Shown piece after piece: positions 19,210 through 28,679 of a stretch of 64,000 nt of DNA. The stretch covers positions 33,678 to 97,677 of the forward strand of contig CAZESS010000005.1 of NCBI GenBank assembly GCA_964514975.1, given 5' to 3'. The notes below the pieces were generated by a model. That model saw only the letters and a list, made by a program, of their open reading frames with translations. It did no database searches and was not told the origin of the DNA. Every line of letters begins with the position of its first letter. Position 1 is the stretch's first letter. The position numbers were made by a program, and so were the translations under genes. This DNA is from an uncultured Thermoplasmatales archaeon (lineage in GTDB: Archaea > Thermoplasmatota > E2 > UBA202 > DSCA01).

Positions 19210-20496
19210 CTATTCCTCGACAACCCGCTGCGCCTTGCCCATGCTCCGCGGAATCGTCTCGGGCTCGACGACATCGACGGGAATGTGCAGGTTTAGCACC
19301 GCATAGATGTCCTCCTCTATCTGCTCCGCCAGTTCGTCCAGGTGGCCCTCGCGGTGGCGCTCCCGGGTCGGCTCGATTCTGACAGTCAGCGTGGTCAGCC
19401 CCCGTTTTTCTTTTTTGATGAGCTGGTAGTGGCCGCTGGCGCCGGGCTGCTGCATCATGATCTCCTCGAGCTGGGAGGGAAACACGATGACACCCTTGAT
19501 TTTCATCATGTCGTCGCTCCGGCCCTTGATACGCGAGATGACAGGCAGCGTCCGGCCGCACTCGCAGGGCTCCTCCGTATATTCGGCGATGTCGCCGGTG
19601 CGGAAGCGCAGCGCGGGAAAGCCCTCTTTGGTGATGGTGGTGAACACGAGCTCGCCCTCGCTGCCGGGCGGGAGCTGCTCACCCGTCTTGGGGTCGATTA
19701 TCTCCGTCAGGAAATGATCGGCGTTGACGTGCATGCGCTGCTCCCGGCATTCGGTGACGACGCCGGGTCCGATGATCTCCGTCAGCCCGTAATGTTCATG
19801 GGCGCTGATACCCCATTTACCCTCGATTTTTTTGCGCATTTCGTCGCTCCAGGCCTCGGCGCCGAACAGGCCCAGCCGGAGCTGGAAGTCCTCCCTCGGG
19901 TCATACCCCATGTCCTGCGCGACCTCGGCCATGAACAGCGAATATGACGGGGTGCACGCGATGGCCGTGGTGCCGAAGTCCTTCATCAGGGTTATCTGCC
20001 GCTTGGTGTTCCCCGAGCTCGTCGGGACCACCATGGCGCCGATGCGCTGCGCTCCCTTTTCAAAGCCGTGGGCGCCGGTAAACAGGCCGTAGCCGTAGGC
20101 ATTCTGCATGATGTCGCCCTTGCGGAGCCCGTTCGCCCAGAGCGAGCGCGCCATGACCTCGCTCCAGAGGTCGACGTCGGCGGCCGTATATGGCCCGACG
20201 ACGGGTTTGCCCGTGGTGCCCGACGACGCGTGTACCTCGACGCAGTCTTTGAGGTCGACGCAGAGCAGGCCGAAGGGATAGTAGTCGCGGAGCTCGGCCT
20301 TGGTTAAAAACGGCAGCCGTGTGATATCTTCAAGCGAGGTGATGTCGTCCGGCGCAACCCCGGCGTTTTTGAGCTTGTCATGGTAGTGCTCGTTGGTAGT
20401 GTAGCAGCGCTGCACCGTGTTCTGCAGCCGGCTTAGCTGCAGCTTTTTTAACTCTTTCAGGGGCAGTGTTTCATGCCGTTCGTCCCAAAAATCCAT
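19210..20496 (-). CDS. paaK: Phenylacetate--CoA ligase family protein
   Basis: HASSGTTGKP, YGYGLFTG, YGLTEIIGPG, RFRTGD and GRSDDMMKIKGV. Confidence 0.9.
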   Translation of the reverse strand: MDFWDERHETLPLKELKKLQLSRLQNTVQRCYTTNEHYHDKLKNAGVAPDDITSLEDITRLPFLTKAELRDYYPFGLLCVDLKDCVEVHASSGTTGKPVVGPYTAADVDLWSEVMARSLWANGLRKGDIMQNAYGYGLFTGAHGFEKGAQRIGAMVVPTSSGNTKRQITLMKDFGTTAIACTPSYSLFMAEVAQDMGYDPREDFQLRLGLFGAEAWSDEMRKKIEGKWGISAHEHYGLTEIIGPGVVTECREQRMHVNADHFLTEIIDPKTGEQLPPGSEGELVFTTITKEGFPALRFRTGDIAEYTEEPCECGRTLPVISRIKGRSDDMMKIKGVIVFPSQLEEIMMQQPGASGHYQLIKKEKRGLTTLTVRIEPTRERHREGHLDELAEQIEEDIYAVLNLHIPVDVVEPETIPRSMGKAQRVVEE

Positions 20497-20530
20497 AGTG
20501 GTAATGCGCTGCGGTTTAAAAAATCCGTCG

Positions 20531-21070
20531 TTACAACGGGCGGCGTAGATATACCAGCCCGGCCTGCTCCTGTTCCACGGTAAAACCGAGCTTGTCGAAG
20601 AGATGGAGCATCGCCTCGTTGTCCCCGGTGACCTCGGCGGTCAACGCCGTGATATCCTGCCGCCCGGCGACCTCGATGAGATGCCGGAGCAGGGCGGTGC
20701 CCACGCCGCGATCCTGCCAGTCGTCCCTGACCACGACGGCCACCTCCGCCTCGCCGTCATGCATGGTGTACCGTCCCACGCCCAGCGGCGTCTCGCCGTC
20801 GTAGTCCATCCAGGTTGCGAGCACCGCGACATCTCGCTCGTAGTCGTTGTCGAGATATGTGTGGAGCTCCCGGCGGGGCATCCATGTCTTGGCGTGGAAC
20901 CAGCGCCGTCGCTTGGTTTCCTGCGAAAAGCTGTTGAACAGCTCGAGCATGAGCTCCTCGTCCTCGGGCCTGATGGCCCGCAGGTGGATGACGCTGCCGT
21001 CTGCTATCCGCGCGGTGGCGTGCAGCTCGTCGGGGTCAACCGGGGTATCCCGCGGCGCGTTCATCGGCAT
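20531..21070 (-). CDS. GNAT acetyltransferase (resembles the GNAT domain of Pat-type protein lysine acetyltransferases)
   Basis: LRAIRPED, AEVAVVVRDDWQDRGVGTALL and NEAMLHLFDKLGF. Confidence 0.88.
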   Translation of the reverse strand: MPMNAPRDTPVDPDELHATARIADGSVIHLRAIRPEDEELMLELFNSFSQETKRRRWFHAKTWMPRRELHTYLDNDYERDVAVLATWMDYDGETPLGVGRYTMHDGEAEVAVVVRDDWQDRGVGTALLRHLIEVAGRQDITALTAEVTGDNEAMLHLFDKLGFTVEQEQAGLVYLRRPL

Positions 21071-21123
21071 GCTATACCACCGGGTGTTAAAAGCTGTTGT
21101 GGATGCACCGCCACCTGTCATCC

Positions 21124-21135
21124 GAAACTTTATAA
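21124..21135 (+). promoter_or_regulatory. BRE/TATA promoter of TFB paralogue (leaderless)
   Basis: GAAACTTTATAA about 26 nt upstream of ATG 21161. Confidence 0.65.
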
Positions 21136-21160
21136 CCATGCGCCGGTGTTAAAAGATGGT

Positions 21161-21823
21161 ATGTCAGATGACGATGCGGAGGACGGCGGCGTGCGGAGAG
21201 TCCTGTACCGGCGGCGGCAGCTGTACCGCCACCTCCGGTCGAAGATACCCGGCGGACGGGAGAGCACCTCGGACGTCGACAAACTGCTCCATGCCCTGCG
21301 GCTTCCCCGGGAGGCGGAGGAGACAGCGGTCAGCCTGTACCGGAAGGCGGTTGAAACCCATACGATCCGGGGGCGGAACATGGAAACGCTGCTCGCCGCC
21401 GCTGCCTATGCCGCCTGCCGGCAGCGCGGGGTGCCGCTCACCCTCGACGACATCGCGGAGCGCTCCGGCATCGGGAGGAGGGAGGTGGGAAAGAGTTTCC
21501 GGTGGCTGGCACACGAGCTGGGGCTCAGGCTGACGCCGGCATCGCCGCTCGACTACCTCGACAGGTTTTGCCAGCAGCTCCATGCAGGCGAATGCATCAG
21601 GTCGACGGCACGGGACGTGTTGCAGCGGGCTGAGAGACGGGAGATGACCAGCGGGCGGGGCGCCACGGGGATGGCGGCTGCCGCTATCTATGTCGCCTCG
21701 ATGATGTGCGGGGAAAAAATCACGCAGCGGGACATCGCGGGCGTGACAGGGGTGACCGAGGTCACGGTCAGGAACCGGTACAAGGAGCTGGTGCGGGAGC
21801 TCAACCTCGACGTGGACGGATAA
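21161..21823 (+). CDS. tfb: Transcription factor B paralogue, cyclin repeats only (no N-terminal Zn ribbon)
   Basis: IRGRNMETLLAAAAYAACRQ.GVPLTLDDIA, SGRGATGMAAAAIY and TQRDIAGVTGVTEVTVRNRYKEL. Confidence 0.88.
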   Translation: MSDDDAEDGGVRRVLYRRRQLYRHLRSKIPGGRESTSDVDKLLHALRLPREAEETAVSLYRKAVETHTIRGRNMETLLAAAAYAACRQRGVPLTLDDIAERSGIGRREVGKSFRWLAHELGLRLTPASPLDYLDRFCQQLHAGECIRSTARDVLQRAERREMTSGRGATGMAAAAIYVASMMCGEKITQRDIAGVTGVTEVTVRNRYKELVRELNLDVDG

Positions 21824-21866
21824 GGGCATGGACGCCCGCCGACAGAAAAGAACTGAAATATATTTT

Positions 21867-23204
21867 TCAGGGTGGCTCCGCCTCGAGGAGCTCGAACAGG
21901 TTGAAATAATGCACGGGGTTGTATGAGGCTATTGTGCCCCGGCTGGCGAAACATATCGCCATGTCGCCGGTTTGCGGGCATGCGACCCATTGCTGTATCG
22001 GCATATAAAAATAGAGTTTTTGCAGCAGGAAAAAGAGCACATCATTGTTTCCGCGGTAAAAATCCCGGAACATCATCATCGTGTTGTTTACGTCCATCGT
22101 TCCCCAAACATGCTCGATGCCCTTGCTCAGAGCGACGTAATGCTTCCAGATGGCGAAATAGCTATCCTGGCCCGTTACCAATCGGAACATGCTTCGCAGG
22201 TCGCCGATGTCGTAATGCTCCCGTTGCAGCGCCGCCATCTCCGGATGTATGAAACAGTTGGGTCTCCGCAGCACATCCGCTATCATCCAGAATGGCGGTG
22301 TGGACTCCGAGGCGTCGTCGCATCTGCATATCCGTGATGCATTGGCTGTCTGCTCGAGGACATATCCCTCCGGGATACTTCCGTCAGAAACGAACAGGTC
22401 CCACCCACAGGTTCTATTGGCCTCCAGGATATCTATCGCCTCCATACCGGAATCAGCGGTATCGAGCGCCAGCCCCATGCGGAAGCCGGCGCAGGCACCA
22501 TGCAGCGTGGTATCCCCGGTCCAGCAGGTGGTCTCGCTCACCCCTATACCTTTTTCGTTGAAACCGCCATAGCTCCCGATGCAGCCTATCCACATAGGGC
22601 TCAGCGATGCATATGCATCGTCGGGATTATGCACGATTATAGCCTGGAGTTCCTGCATATATGTCCCTGTTTCCGGGTCATGCAGGAAAATGCTTAGGTC
22701 TCCGCTTCTCAGGTGGATGAGCGATCCGTCGGCCGTGGCAGCGCCCCACATGATGGCACCGCAGCATGAAAGAAAATTAGCCGTGTCATGCAGCGTATTC
22801 AGGATACATATTTCCTCTGCGGTAACGCCTGCGCCATCCGCTATCCCCTGCATCTCGGCGATATACCGCTCGGGCACGTATGGTTTCATCACGTTCCATC
22901 GGTCGAGAAGGGATGCATAGGTGAACCCTGCATCCGCAAAAAAATCGAGCATGATACGCATCAGTATCTGTATTTCGTCCCCGAGAAGACGGCCATGCTG
23001 GTATCCCATCTCATAGTACGACCCGCTCAGATGCAAAATCCTGACGCCGTCGCGTTCCTCGAGCCATCCTCCGTCCAGTGCGCCGGCGGTGACATCTGCG
23101 CCATGCTCATGTATGAGCACGACGGCGCTTTCAATCGAAGAAAGAGGCACAAAAAACAGTACCGTGATGCCCAGGCATACCAGTATTTTCCCTGTGTTTT
23201 TCAT
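21867..23204 (-). CDS. Secreted C45 family (Ntn-hydrolase) peptidase/acyltransferase
   Basis: Signal peptide; LHLSGSYYEMGYQHG, EMQGIADG, SCCG (Ntn Cys) and GFNEKGI; SD GGGAGG. Confidence 0.85.
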   Translation of the reverse strand: MKNTGKILVCLGITVLFFVPLSSIESAVVLIHEHGADVTAGALDGGWLEERDGVRILHLSGSYYEMGYQHGRLLGDEIQILMRIMLDFFADAGFTYASLLDRWNVMKPYVPERYIAEMQGIADGAGVTAEEICILNTLHDTANFLSCCGAIMWGAATADGSLIHLRSGDLSIFLHDPETGTYMQELQAIIVHNPDDAYASLSPMWIGCIGSYGGFNEKGIGVSETTCWTGDTTLHGACAGFRMGLALDTADSGMEAIDILEANRTCGWDLFVSDGSIPEGYVLEQTANASRICRCDDASESTPPFWMIADVLRRPNCFIHPEMAALQREHYDIGDLRSMFRLVTGQDSYFAIWKHYVALSKGIEHVWGTMDVNNTMMMFRDFYRGNNDVLFFLLQKLYFYMPIQQWVACPQTGDMAICFASRGTIASYNPVHYFNLFELLEAEPP

Positions 23205-23381
23205 ATGTTGAGCCTCCCAACAGCCACATATAGTATCGGCAAACAATATTTAAAACGTGCTGTTTGTAAGCACGCCGCACGACGGCCGTGTGGCAGGCCG
23301 CCAACACGTTTTGAATCGCCTGCATTGATGTTCGCCAGGCCACCACGGTATTAACAATAGTTAACCTTAAATATCGGGAGT

Positions 23382-24227
23382 ATGTTGTATACTATTATGA
23401 AACCTGCTCCATATGTCGCCATGGTCATTGTGGCCGTCGTGCTCACCATGGCGGTACCGCTCCAAAATGCCTCCCCGCTATCCGCGGCGCTCGACGGCAA
23501 CACGCCGCCCAACCCGCCAAACATATCCGGGCCACGCGACGGCAGGATATGGGAGACCTACACCTACCAGTTCACGATTACCGACCCCGACGGCGACCGG
23601 ATGGAACGCCTCGAAATCAACTTCGGCGACGGCAAGGAAGAAATCCTGAACTGTGGATGCACACAGCCATACTGGCCATCCGGGACGACACTCAACGTCA
23701 CCCATCGATGGGCGCAGCGGGGCGACTACACCATCAAAGCCAGGGTGCGGGACGTCCTCGGGGAATGGAGCGACTGGGGCACGCTCCAGGTGTCGATGCC
23801 GAAAGCACGGAGCACGGAAGATGCTGCGCAGCCCCAGGTCACAACGAACGCGGCCACCGACGACGTCATGGCGCCCAATGTCACCATCGTCAACCCCCGC
23901 CGGGGATACCTCCACCTCGGCGGCGAAGCGCTGATGGAGCTGCCGTCCTCAATGCCGACTCTGCTCCCCGGCTCGTTTCTCTTCACCAGGGGCACGGCGC
24001 TGGTCACCGACAACGTCGACCGGCCGGACGACCTGGATGTAGCAGTCTACCTCGACGGCGAGCAGCGTGCCACTGCTCAATGGAGCCCGTGCAGCCGCTA
24101 CCACGAATGGGGCAATCTCGGGCGCGGCTTCGGCCCGATGACGCTTCGCATCGACGCGACGGACAGCAGCGGCAACACCGGCAGCGCCGAGATGTCCGTC
24201 TGGTATTTCTGTCTCCTGCCGCAGTAA
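23382..24227 (+). CDS. Secreted PKD-like + Ig-like domain protein
   Basis: Signal peptide; NTPPNPPNISGP...DPDGD...NFGDG...SDW..LQVSMP, followed by a second Ig-like domain. Confidence 0.8.
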   Translation: MLYTIMKPAPYVAMVIVAVVLTMAVPLQNASPLSAALDGNTPPNPPNISGPRDGRIWETYTYQFTITDPDGDRMERLEINFGDGKEEILNCGCTQPYWPSGTTLNVTHRWAQRGDYTIKARVRDVLGEWSDWGTLQVSMPKARSTEDAAQPQVTTNAATDDVMAPNVTIVNPRRGYLHLGGEALMELPSSMPTLLPGSFLFTRGTALVTDNVDRPDDLDVAVYLDGEQRATAQWSPCSRYHEWGNLGRGFGPMTLRIDATDSSGNTGSAEMSVWYFCLLPQ

Positions 24228-24233
24228 CCGCCT

Positions 24234-24767
24234 TTATCTCTGCAGCGATTGAAGGACATCGCAGTGGACATCATAGGCGTGCCGGTCGTAGAGCACGAAG
24301 CGTACGAGCTCAAGAGCATCGTTATGGCCAAGCCAGTCCATCACGGCGGGCAGCGCAACCCCGGCAGCTTCTTCAAGCGGGTAGCCGAATGCGCCGGTGC
24401 TCAACGCCGGAAATGAGATGCTGGCCAGGTCGTGCTCACATGCGAGCCGCAGCGCATTTCGGTAGCATGACTCCAGCAGCTCCGCGTCACGGTCGGTGCC
24501 CGAGTACACCGGGCCGACAGTGTGGATGACGTACCGCGCCGGCAGGTCGTAGCCGCGCGTGATTTTTGCTTCCCCGGTCTGGCAGCCGCCGAGCTGTTCG
24601 CATTCCTCCCACAGCCCGGGGCCTGCAGCGCGATGGATGGCGCCCGCGACGCCGCCGCCCGGAGCCAGCCGTCTGTTGGCTGCGTTGACCACCGCGTCGG
24701 TGTCCTGCTGCGTGATGTCGCCGACCACGAGTTCGATGGTGGCGGTGCCGACGGACACCTGTTCCAT
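24234..24767 (-). CDS. Macro domain protein (O-acetyl-ADP-ribose deacetylase/ADP-ribosyl hydrolase)
   Basis: GDIT, VNAAN, GGGVAGAIH, HTVGP and FPALSTGAFGYP. Confidence 0.95.
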   Translation of the reverse strand: MEQVSVGTATIELVVGDITQQDTDAVVNAANRRLAPGGGVAGAIHRAAGPGLWEECEQLGGCQTGEAKITRGYDLPARYVIHTVGPVYSGTDRDAELLESCYRNALRLACEHDLASISFPALSTGAFGYPLEEAAGVALPAVMDWLGHNDALELVRFVLYDRHAYDVHCDVLQSLQR

Positions 24768-24843
24768 GCAGCCTGAACAGCGGCACCGTATAAAAACATG
24801 GCGAATGTGGAGTGCAATGTATCATATATCCCCTCCGCATTAC

Positions 24844-25890
24844 ATGACAATGATCATCGTGACAGGTGATAACGGGCAACACGCACGGTGCCGGCTGTGC
24901 GGCATGGAAAGCCGCCAGGTATCGAGCGCGCTCGGCGTCTGTCTCTCCTGCATACGTGAATGTCCCGATGCATCGCTCCCCCTCGCCGACAGGGCACATG
25001 CCCGCCTCCGGAAAACCCGCGGGCTGCCGGACCGTCCACCCGACGAGGGCAGCGTGCACTGTACCATATGTGCCAACGACTGCCGCATTGGATACGGCGA
25101 AGCAGGGTATTGCGGCCTCCGGGAAAACGTGCGCGACCTGCTGATAGAACGACAGGGACTCGTCCATACACAGTATATGTCGGCACCCGGAACATGCCCA
25201 GGAGCACAGAGCTGCAGCGGCGACGGCCACACCCTCAACGTGTTCGTGTACGGCTGCACCTTCGACTGCCTGTGCTGCCCGCACCCGGAGCACCGCCACA
25301 TTGACAAGGTTAAACGGCTGGGCATCCCGACGCTGCAGCAGCTCGCCCGGCAGGCGTCCTGCATCCGCTTCTACGGCGGTGCGCCCGAGGCACAGCTCCC
25401 CTTCCTGCTCGAGGTAACCCGGCAGGTGCTTGAGGATACGGCGGTGCGCATCTGCTGGGAGCTCAACGGGAGCGCCGCCCCCGACCTGACCCGACAGGCC
25501 GCGCGACACGCCGCGGACACAGGGGGCACGGTCACCATGAACATCATGGCCAGGAACGAGGCGCTCCACCGCGCGCTGACCGGGCGGAGCAACCGGCGGA
25601 CCCTTGCCTCCTTCGAGATGCTGGCCGGGGAGTTCGATGCATCGGTGCTGGCTGCTGCGACGCCGCTGGTGCCCGGATACATCGATGCGGCGGAGGTGGC
25701 AGACATCGCATCCTTTGTCGCCTCATGCAACCCCGGCGTTCACTATGCACTGCTGCCCGTGCAGGCCGGCAACGGCATGCCGGCGACGGGCGACGGGCAG
25801 GCCGAGCGATGTCATACGGCGGCGGCAAAATATTTAAACCGTGTGCACATTTGCAGACCGGCATCCGCAGGGGTAAAAAACCTCCTGTAG
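24844..25890 (+). CDS. Radical SAM protein, PflA/PflX-like with N-terminal Cys clusters (divergent)
   Basis: CRLC/CLSC and CTICANDC...GYCGLR; CTFDCLCC (CxxxCxxC); RICWELNG; TPLVPGYID. Start codon uncertain. Confidence 0.8.
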   Translation: MTMIIVTGDNGQHARCRLCGMESRQVSSALGVCLSCIRECPDASLPLADRAHARLRKTRGLPDRPPDEGSVHCTICANDCRIGYGEAGYCGLRENVRDLLIERQGLVHTQYMSAPGTCPGAQSCSGDGHTLNVFVYGCTFDCLCCPHPEHRHIDKVKRLGIPTLQQLARQASCIRFYGGAPEAQLPFLLEVTRQVLEDTAVRICWELNGSAAPDLTRQAARHAADTGGTVTMNIMARNEALHRALTGRSNRRTLASFEMLAGEFDASVLAAATPLVPGYIDAAEVADIASFVASCNPGVHYALLPVQAGNGMPATGDGQAERCHTAAAKYLNRVHICRPASAGVKNLL

Positions 25891-25966
25891 CAGACGGATG
25901 CAACACCCCTATCTTTATATACATGATTGTATATTTGGGTAAAAGTTTCCCCCTATCAGGTGAACA

Positions 25967-26944
25967 ATGCCAGAAAAACATCATCCGAAACGAGGTTCAC
26001 GCGGCTATTCGCCCCGCAAACGCGCCCAGTCCGAAGTGGCACGCATCCATTCCTGGCCGGACGGCGGCAGCGAGCCCCGTCTGCAGGGTTTCGCAGGTTA
26101 CAAGGCCGGCATGACACACGTGCTGCTGGTCGACTACCGACCGACGTCGACGACCTCGGGTCGCGAGGTCCAGGTTCCCGTGACCGTCGCCGAGGCGCCC
26201 CCGCTGAAGATAGCGGCGGTGCGGCTCTACCGCGACAGCCCCTACGGGCTCAAAACCGCGACGGAAAAATGGGCGGACAATCTCGAGCTCAACGGCAAAA
26301 TACCCGCATCGGACAACGGCGGCGGCAGCCTCGAAACTGACGACATCGACGACGTCAGGGTCATCGCGCATACCATGCCACGCATGGTCAGCGGCATACC
26401 GAAAAAGATACCCGAGCTCATGGAAATCCGCGTCGGCGGCGGCGACATCGACGCACGGCTCGAATACGCGAAAAACCTGCTCGGCACCGAGGCGGGCATC
26501 GCGGACATCTACGACGAGGGCACCATGGTCGACGTCGCGGCCATTACCAAGGGAAAAGGATTTCAGGGCTCACCAAAACGATTCGGCGTCAAACTGCTCA
26601 CCCACAAAAACAGGAAACACCGGCGGCAGGCCGGCACCCTGGGCCCCTGGCTGACCTGGGTCCGCTCCACGGTCCCGCAGGCCGGACAGATGGGCTACCA
26701 TCCGCGTGTCGAATACAACAAGCGCATTCTCAAAATCGGCGAGGGCGGCGACGACATCACCCCTGACGGGGGCTTCAAACACTACGGCGTCGTCCGCAAC
26801 AACTATGTCATCATCCACGGCTCCATCCCGGGGCCGACAAAGCGCCTCATACGGATGCGGGATGCAATCCGCTACCAGAAGGGCGTGGAAGTTGAAAAAC
26901 CCGAAATCACCTACATTTCGACAACCAGCAAACAGGGGATATAA
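25967..26944 (+). CDS. rpl3: 50S ribosomal protein L3
   Basis: PKRGSRGYSPRKRA, GYKAGMTH and TKGKGFQG. Confidence 0.97.
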   Translation: MPEKHHPKRGSRGYSPRKRAQSEVARIHSWPDGGSEPRLQGFAGYKAGMTHVLLVDYRPTSTTSGREVQVPVTVAEAPPLKIAAVRLYRDSPYGLKTATEKWADNLELNGKIPASDNGGGSLETDDIDDVRVIAHTMPRMVSGIPKKIPELMEIRVGGGDIDARLEYAKNLLGTEAGIADIYDEGTMVDVAAITKGKGFQGSPKRFGVKLLTHKNRKHRRQAGTLGPWLTWVRSTVPQAGQMGYHPRVEYNKRILKIGEGGDDITPDGGFKHYGVVRNNYVIIHGSIPGPTKRLIRMRDAIRYQKGVEVEKPEITYISTTSKQGI

Positions 26945-27711
26945 TGAAAGCGAAGGCGAAGGTATATGGACTCGACGGCACCGTCACCGACGAACGCTCG
27001 CTCCCCGCGGCATTCGAGCAGGGACATCGCCCCGATGTCATCCAGAAAACGTTCAACGCAATGCGCGCCAACGCACGGCAGCCATATGGCGTCGACGAGC
27101 GAGCCGGCAAGCGGCATCCCGTCGAGCCCTGGTCGACCGGGCGTGGCGTCTCACGCGTTCCCCGCCTGACGCAGGGACGACGTGCCGCATTTATGCCCGG
27201 CACCGTCGGCGGGCGCGTGGCGCATCCGCCGAAACCGGAAAAAAACTGGGGTAAAAAAATTAACAAGAAAGAAAAAGCGCTCGCCCGGCGTGCCGCTCTC
27301 GCCGCTACGGCCCACCCCGAGCTGGTGACGAAGCGAGGGCATCGTTTCGGCGATAATGTGGCACTGCCCATCGTCGTCGACGACGAGTTCGAGCACCTCA
27401 CAAAAACCAAGGACATGATCGCGGCGCTGCAAAAGCTCGGTGTCTATGACGACGTTGAGCGTGCGCGGCAGGGCCGCCATATCAGGGCCGGCAAGGGAAA
27501 GCGGCGCGGCCGGAAGTACAAGACGCCTCGTTCTCTGCTCATTGTGGCCGGCGACACGGAAAACGTTAAAAAAGCCGCCGGCAATTTAATAGGAGTGGAC
27601 GTCGTGACGCCACGGGAACTCAACGTACTGCATCTCGCCCCCGGCGGAGATGCGGGCAGGCTCACCATTTTCACGGTCAGCGCGCTTGAGCAGATGGAGG
27701 AGATACAATGA
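26944..27711 (+). CDS. rpl4: 50S ribosomal protein L4
   Basis: WSTGRGVSRVPR and HLAPGGDAGRLTIFT. Confidence 0.97.
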   Translation: MKAKAKVYGLDGTVTDERSLPAAFEQGHRPDVIQKTFNAMRANARQPYGVDERAGKRHPVEPWSTGRGVSRVPRLTQGRRAAFMPGTVGGRVAHPPKPEKNWGKKINKKEKALARRAALAATAHPELVTKRGHRFGDNVALPIVVDDEFEHLTKTKDMIAALQKLGVYDDVERARQGRHIRAGKGKRRGRKYKTPRSLLIVAGDTENVKKAAGNLIGVDVVTPRELNVLHLAPGGDAGRLTIFTVSALEQMEEIQ

Positions 27712-27965
27712 ATCCATATGACGTGGTTTTGCATCCCTATGTAACGGAAAAAACGATGCTTCTGATGGAGGACAACAACGCGCTGCAGTTCGCGGTCAAG
27801 ATGGAAGCAAACAAGAAAGAGATTAAGAGCGCGGTGGAGCAGATGTTCGATGTCGAGGTGGCCAAGGTCACCACCCGCATCGCGAAGGAGGGCAAGCTGG
27901 CCCTCGTGAAGCTCACACCGGAATATGAGGCTGAAGATATTGCCATGAGAGTCGGTATATTCTAA
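27708..27965 (+). CDS. rpl23: 50S ribosomal protein L23
   Basis: PYVTEK, ANKKEIK; operon position. Confidence 0.96.
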   Translation: MNPYDVVLHPYVTEKTMLLMEDNNALQFAVKMEANKKEIKSAVEQMFDVEVAKVTTRIAKEGKLALVKLTPEYEAEDIAMRVGIF

Positions 27966-27973
27966 GTGATACT

Positions 27974-28675
27974 ATGGGAAAGCGATTAGTTCATCAACGG
28001 AGAGGCTCCGCACGCTCGCGGTATCGGAGCCCGTCGTTCAAGCACAAAGGCCCGGTTGCCTATCCCTCGCTGGAGGAAACCGAAGGCGTCGTCCTGGACA
28101 TCGTCCACAATCCGGGTACGTCGTCCCCGCTCGCCGTCGTCGAGACGAGCGATGGCGGCAGGTTTACCATGCTCGCCCCCGAGGGAATTGCATCGGGCGA
28201 GACCGTTCGGTTTACCGAACGAAGCATTCTCAAACCCGGCAACGTGCTGCCGCTGTCCTCGATTCCCGAGGGAACGCCCGTATACAACATCGAGAGCAAC
28301 CCGGGCGATGGCGGCAAATTCGCTCGCTCGGGTGGCAACCACGGCAGCATCGTGGGACACGGCGAGAACGTCATCGTGCGGCTGCCGTCCGGGGCGCAGA
28401 AAAAGCTGCATCCCCGGTGCAGGGCGACCATCGGCGTTGCTGCCGGTGGCGGCCGGAACGAAAAACCGTTCATGAAGGCCGGCAAGCGGCATCATGCGCT
28501 TCGCTCCCGTGGCGGCATCTATCCGCGGGTGCGCGGCGTGGCGATGAACCCGGTCGACCATCCACACGGTGGCGGTGCGCATCAGCATGTCGGCAAGTCG
28601 TCGACCGTTGGACGGAATGCGCCCCCGGGACGAAAGGTTGGCAGCATCGCGGCACGGAGGACCGGGAAGAAGTGA
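27974..28675 (+). CDS. rpl2: 50S ribosomal protein L2
   Basis: VRGVAMNPVDHPHGGG. Confidence 0.98.
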   Translation: MGKRLVHQRRGSARSRYRSPSFKHKGPVAYPSLEETEGVVLDIVHNPGTSSPLAVVETSDGGRFTMLAPEGIASGETVRFTERSILKPGNVLPLSSIPEGTPVYNIESNPGDGGKFARSGGNHGSIVGHGENVIVRLPSGAQKKLHPRCRATIGVAAGGGRNEKPFMKAGKRHHALRSRGGIYPRVRGVAMNPVDHPHGGGAHQHVGKSSTVGRNAPPGRKVGSIAARRTGKK

Positions 28676-28679
28676 TATC

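Noticed and set aside
21083-21155. Direct repeat GGTGTTAAAAG (21083-93 and 21145-55) as an operator
   Set aside because: The first copy is explained as the minus-strand TATA of the GNAT gene; two copies are too little evidence.
20603-21160. N-terminal extension of the TFB ORF that might supply a Zn ribbon
   Set aside because: It overlaps the GNAT gene antisense, has no CxxC-x15-CxxC pattern, and a BRE/TATA sits just before ATG 21161.
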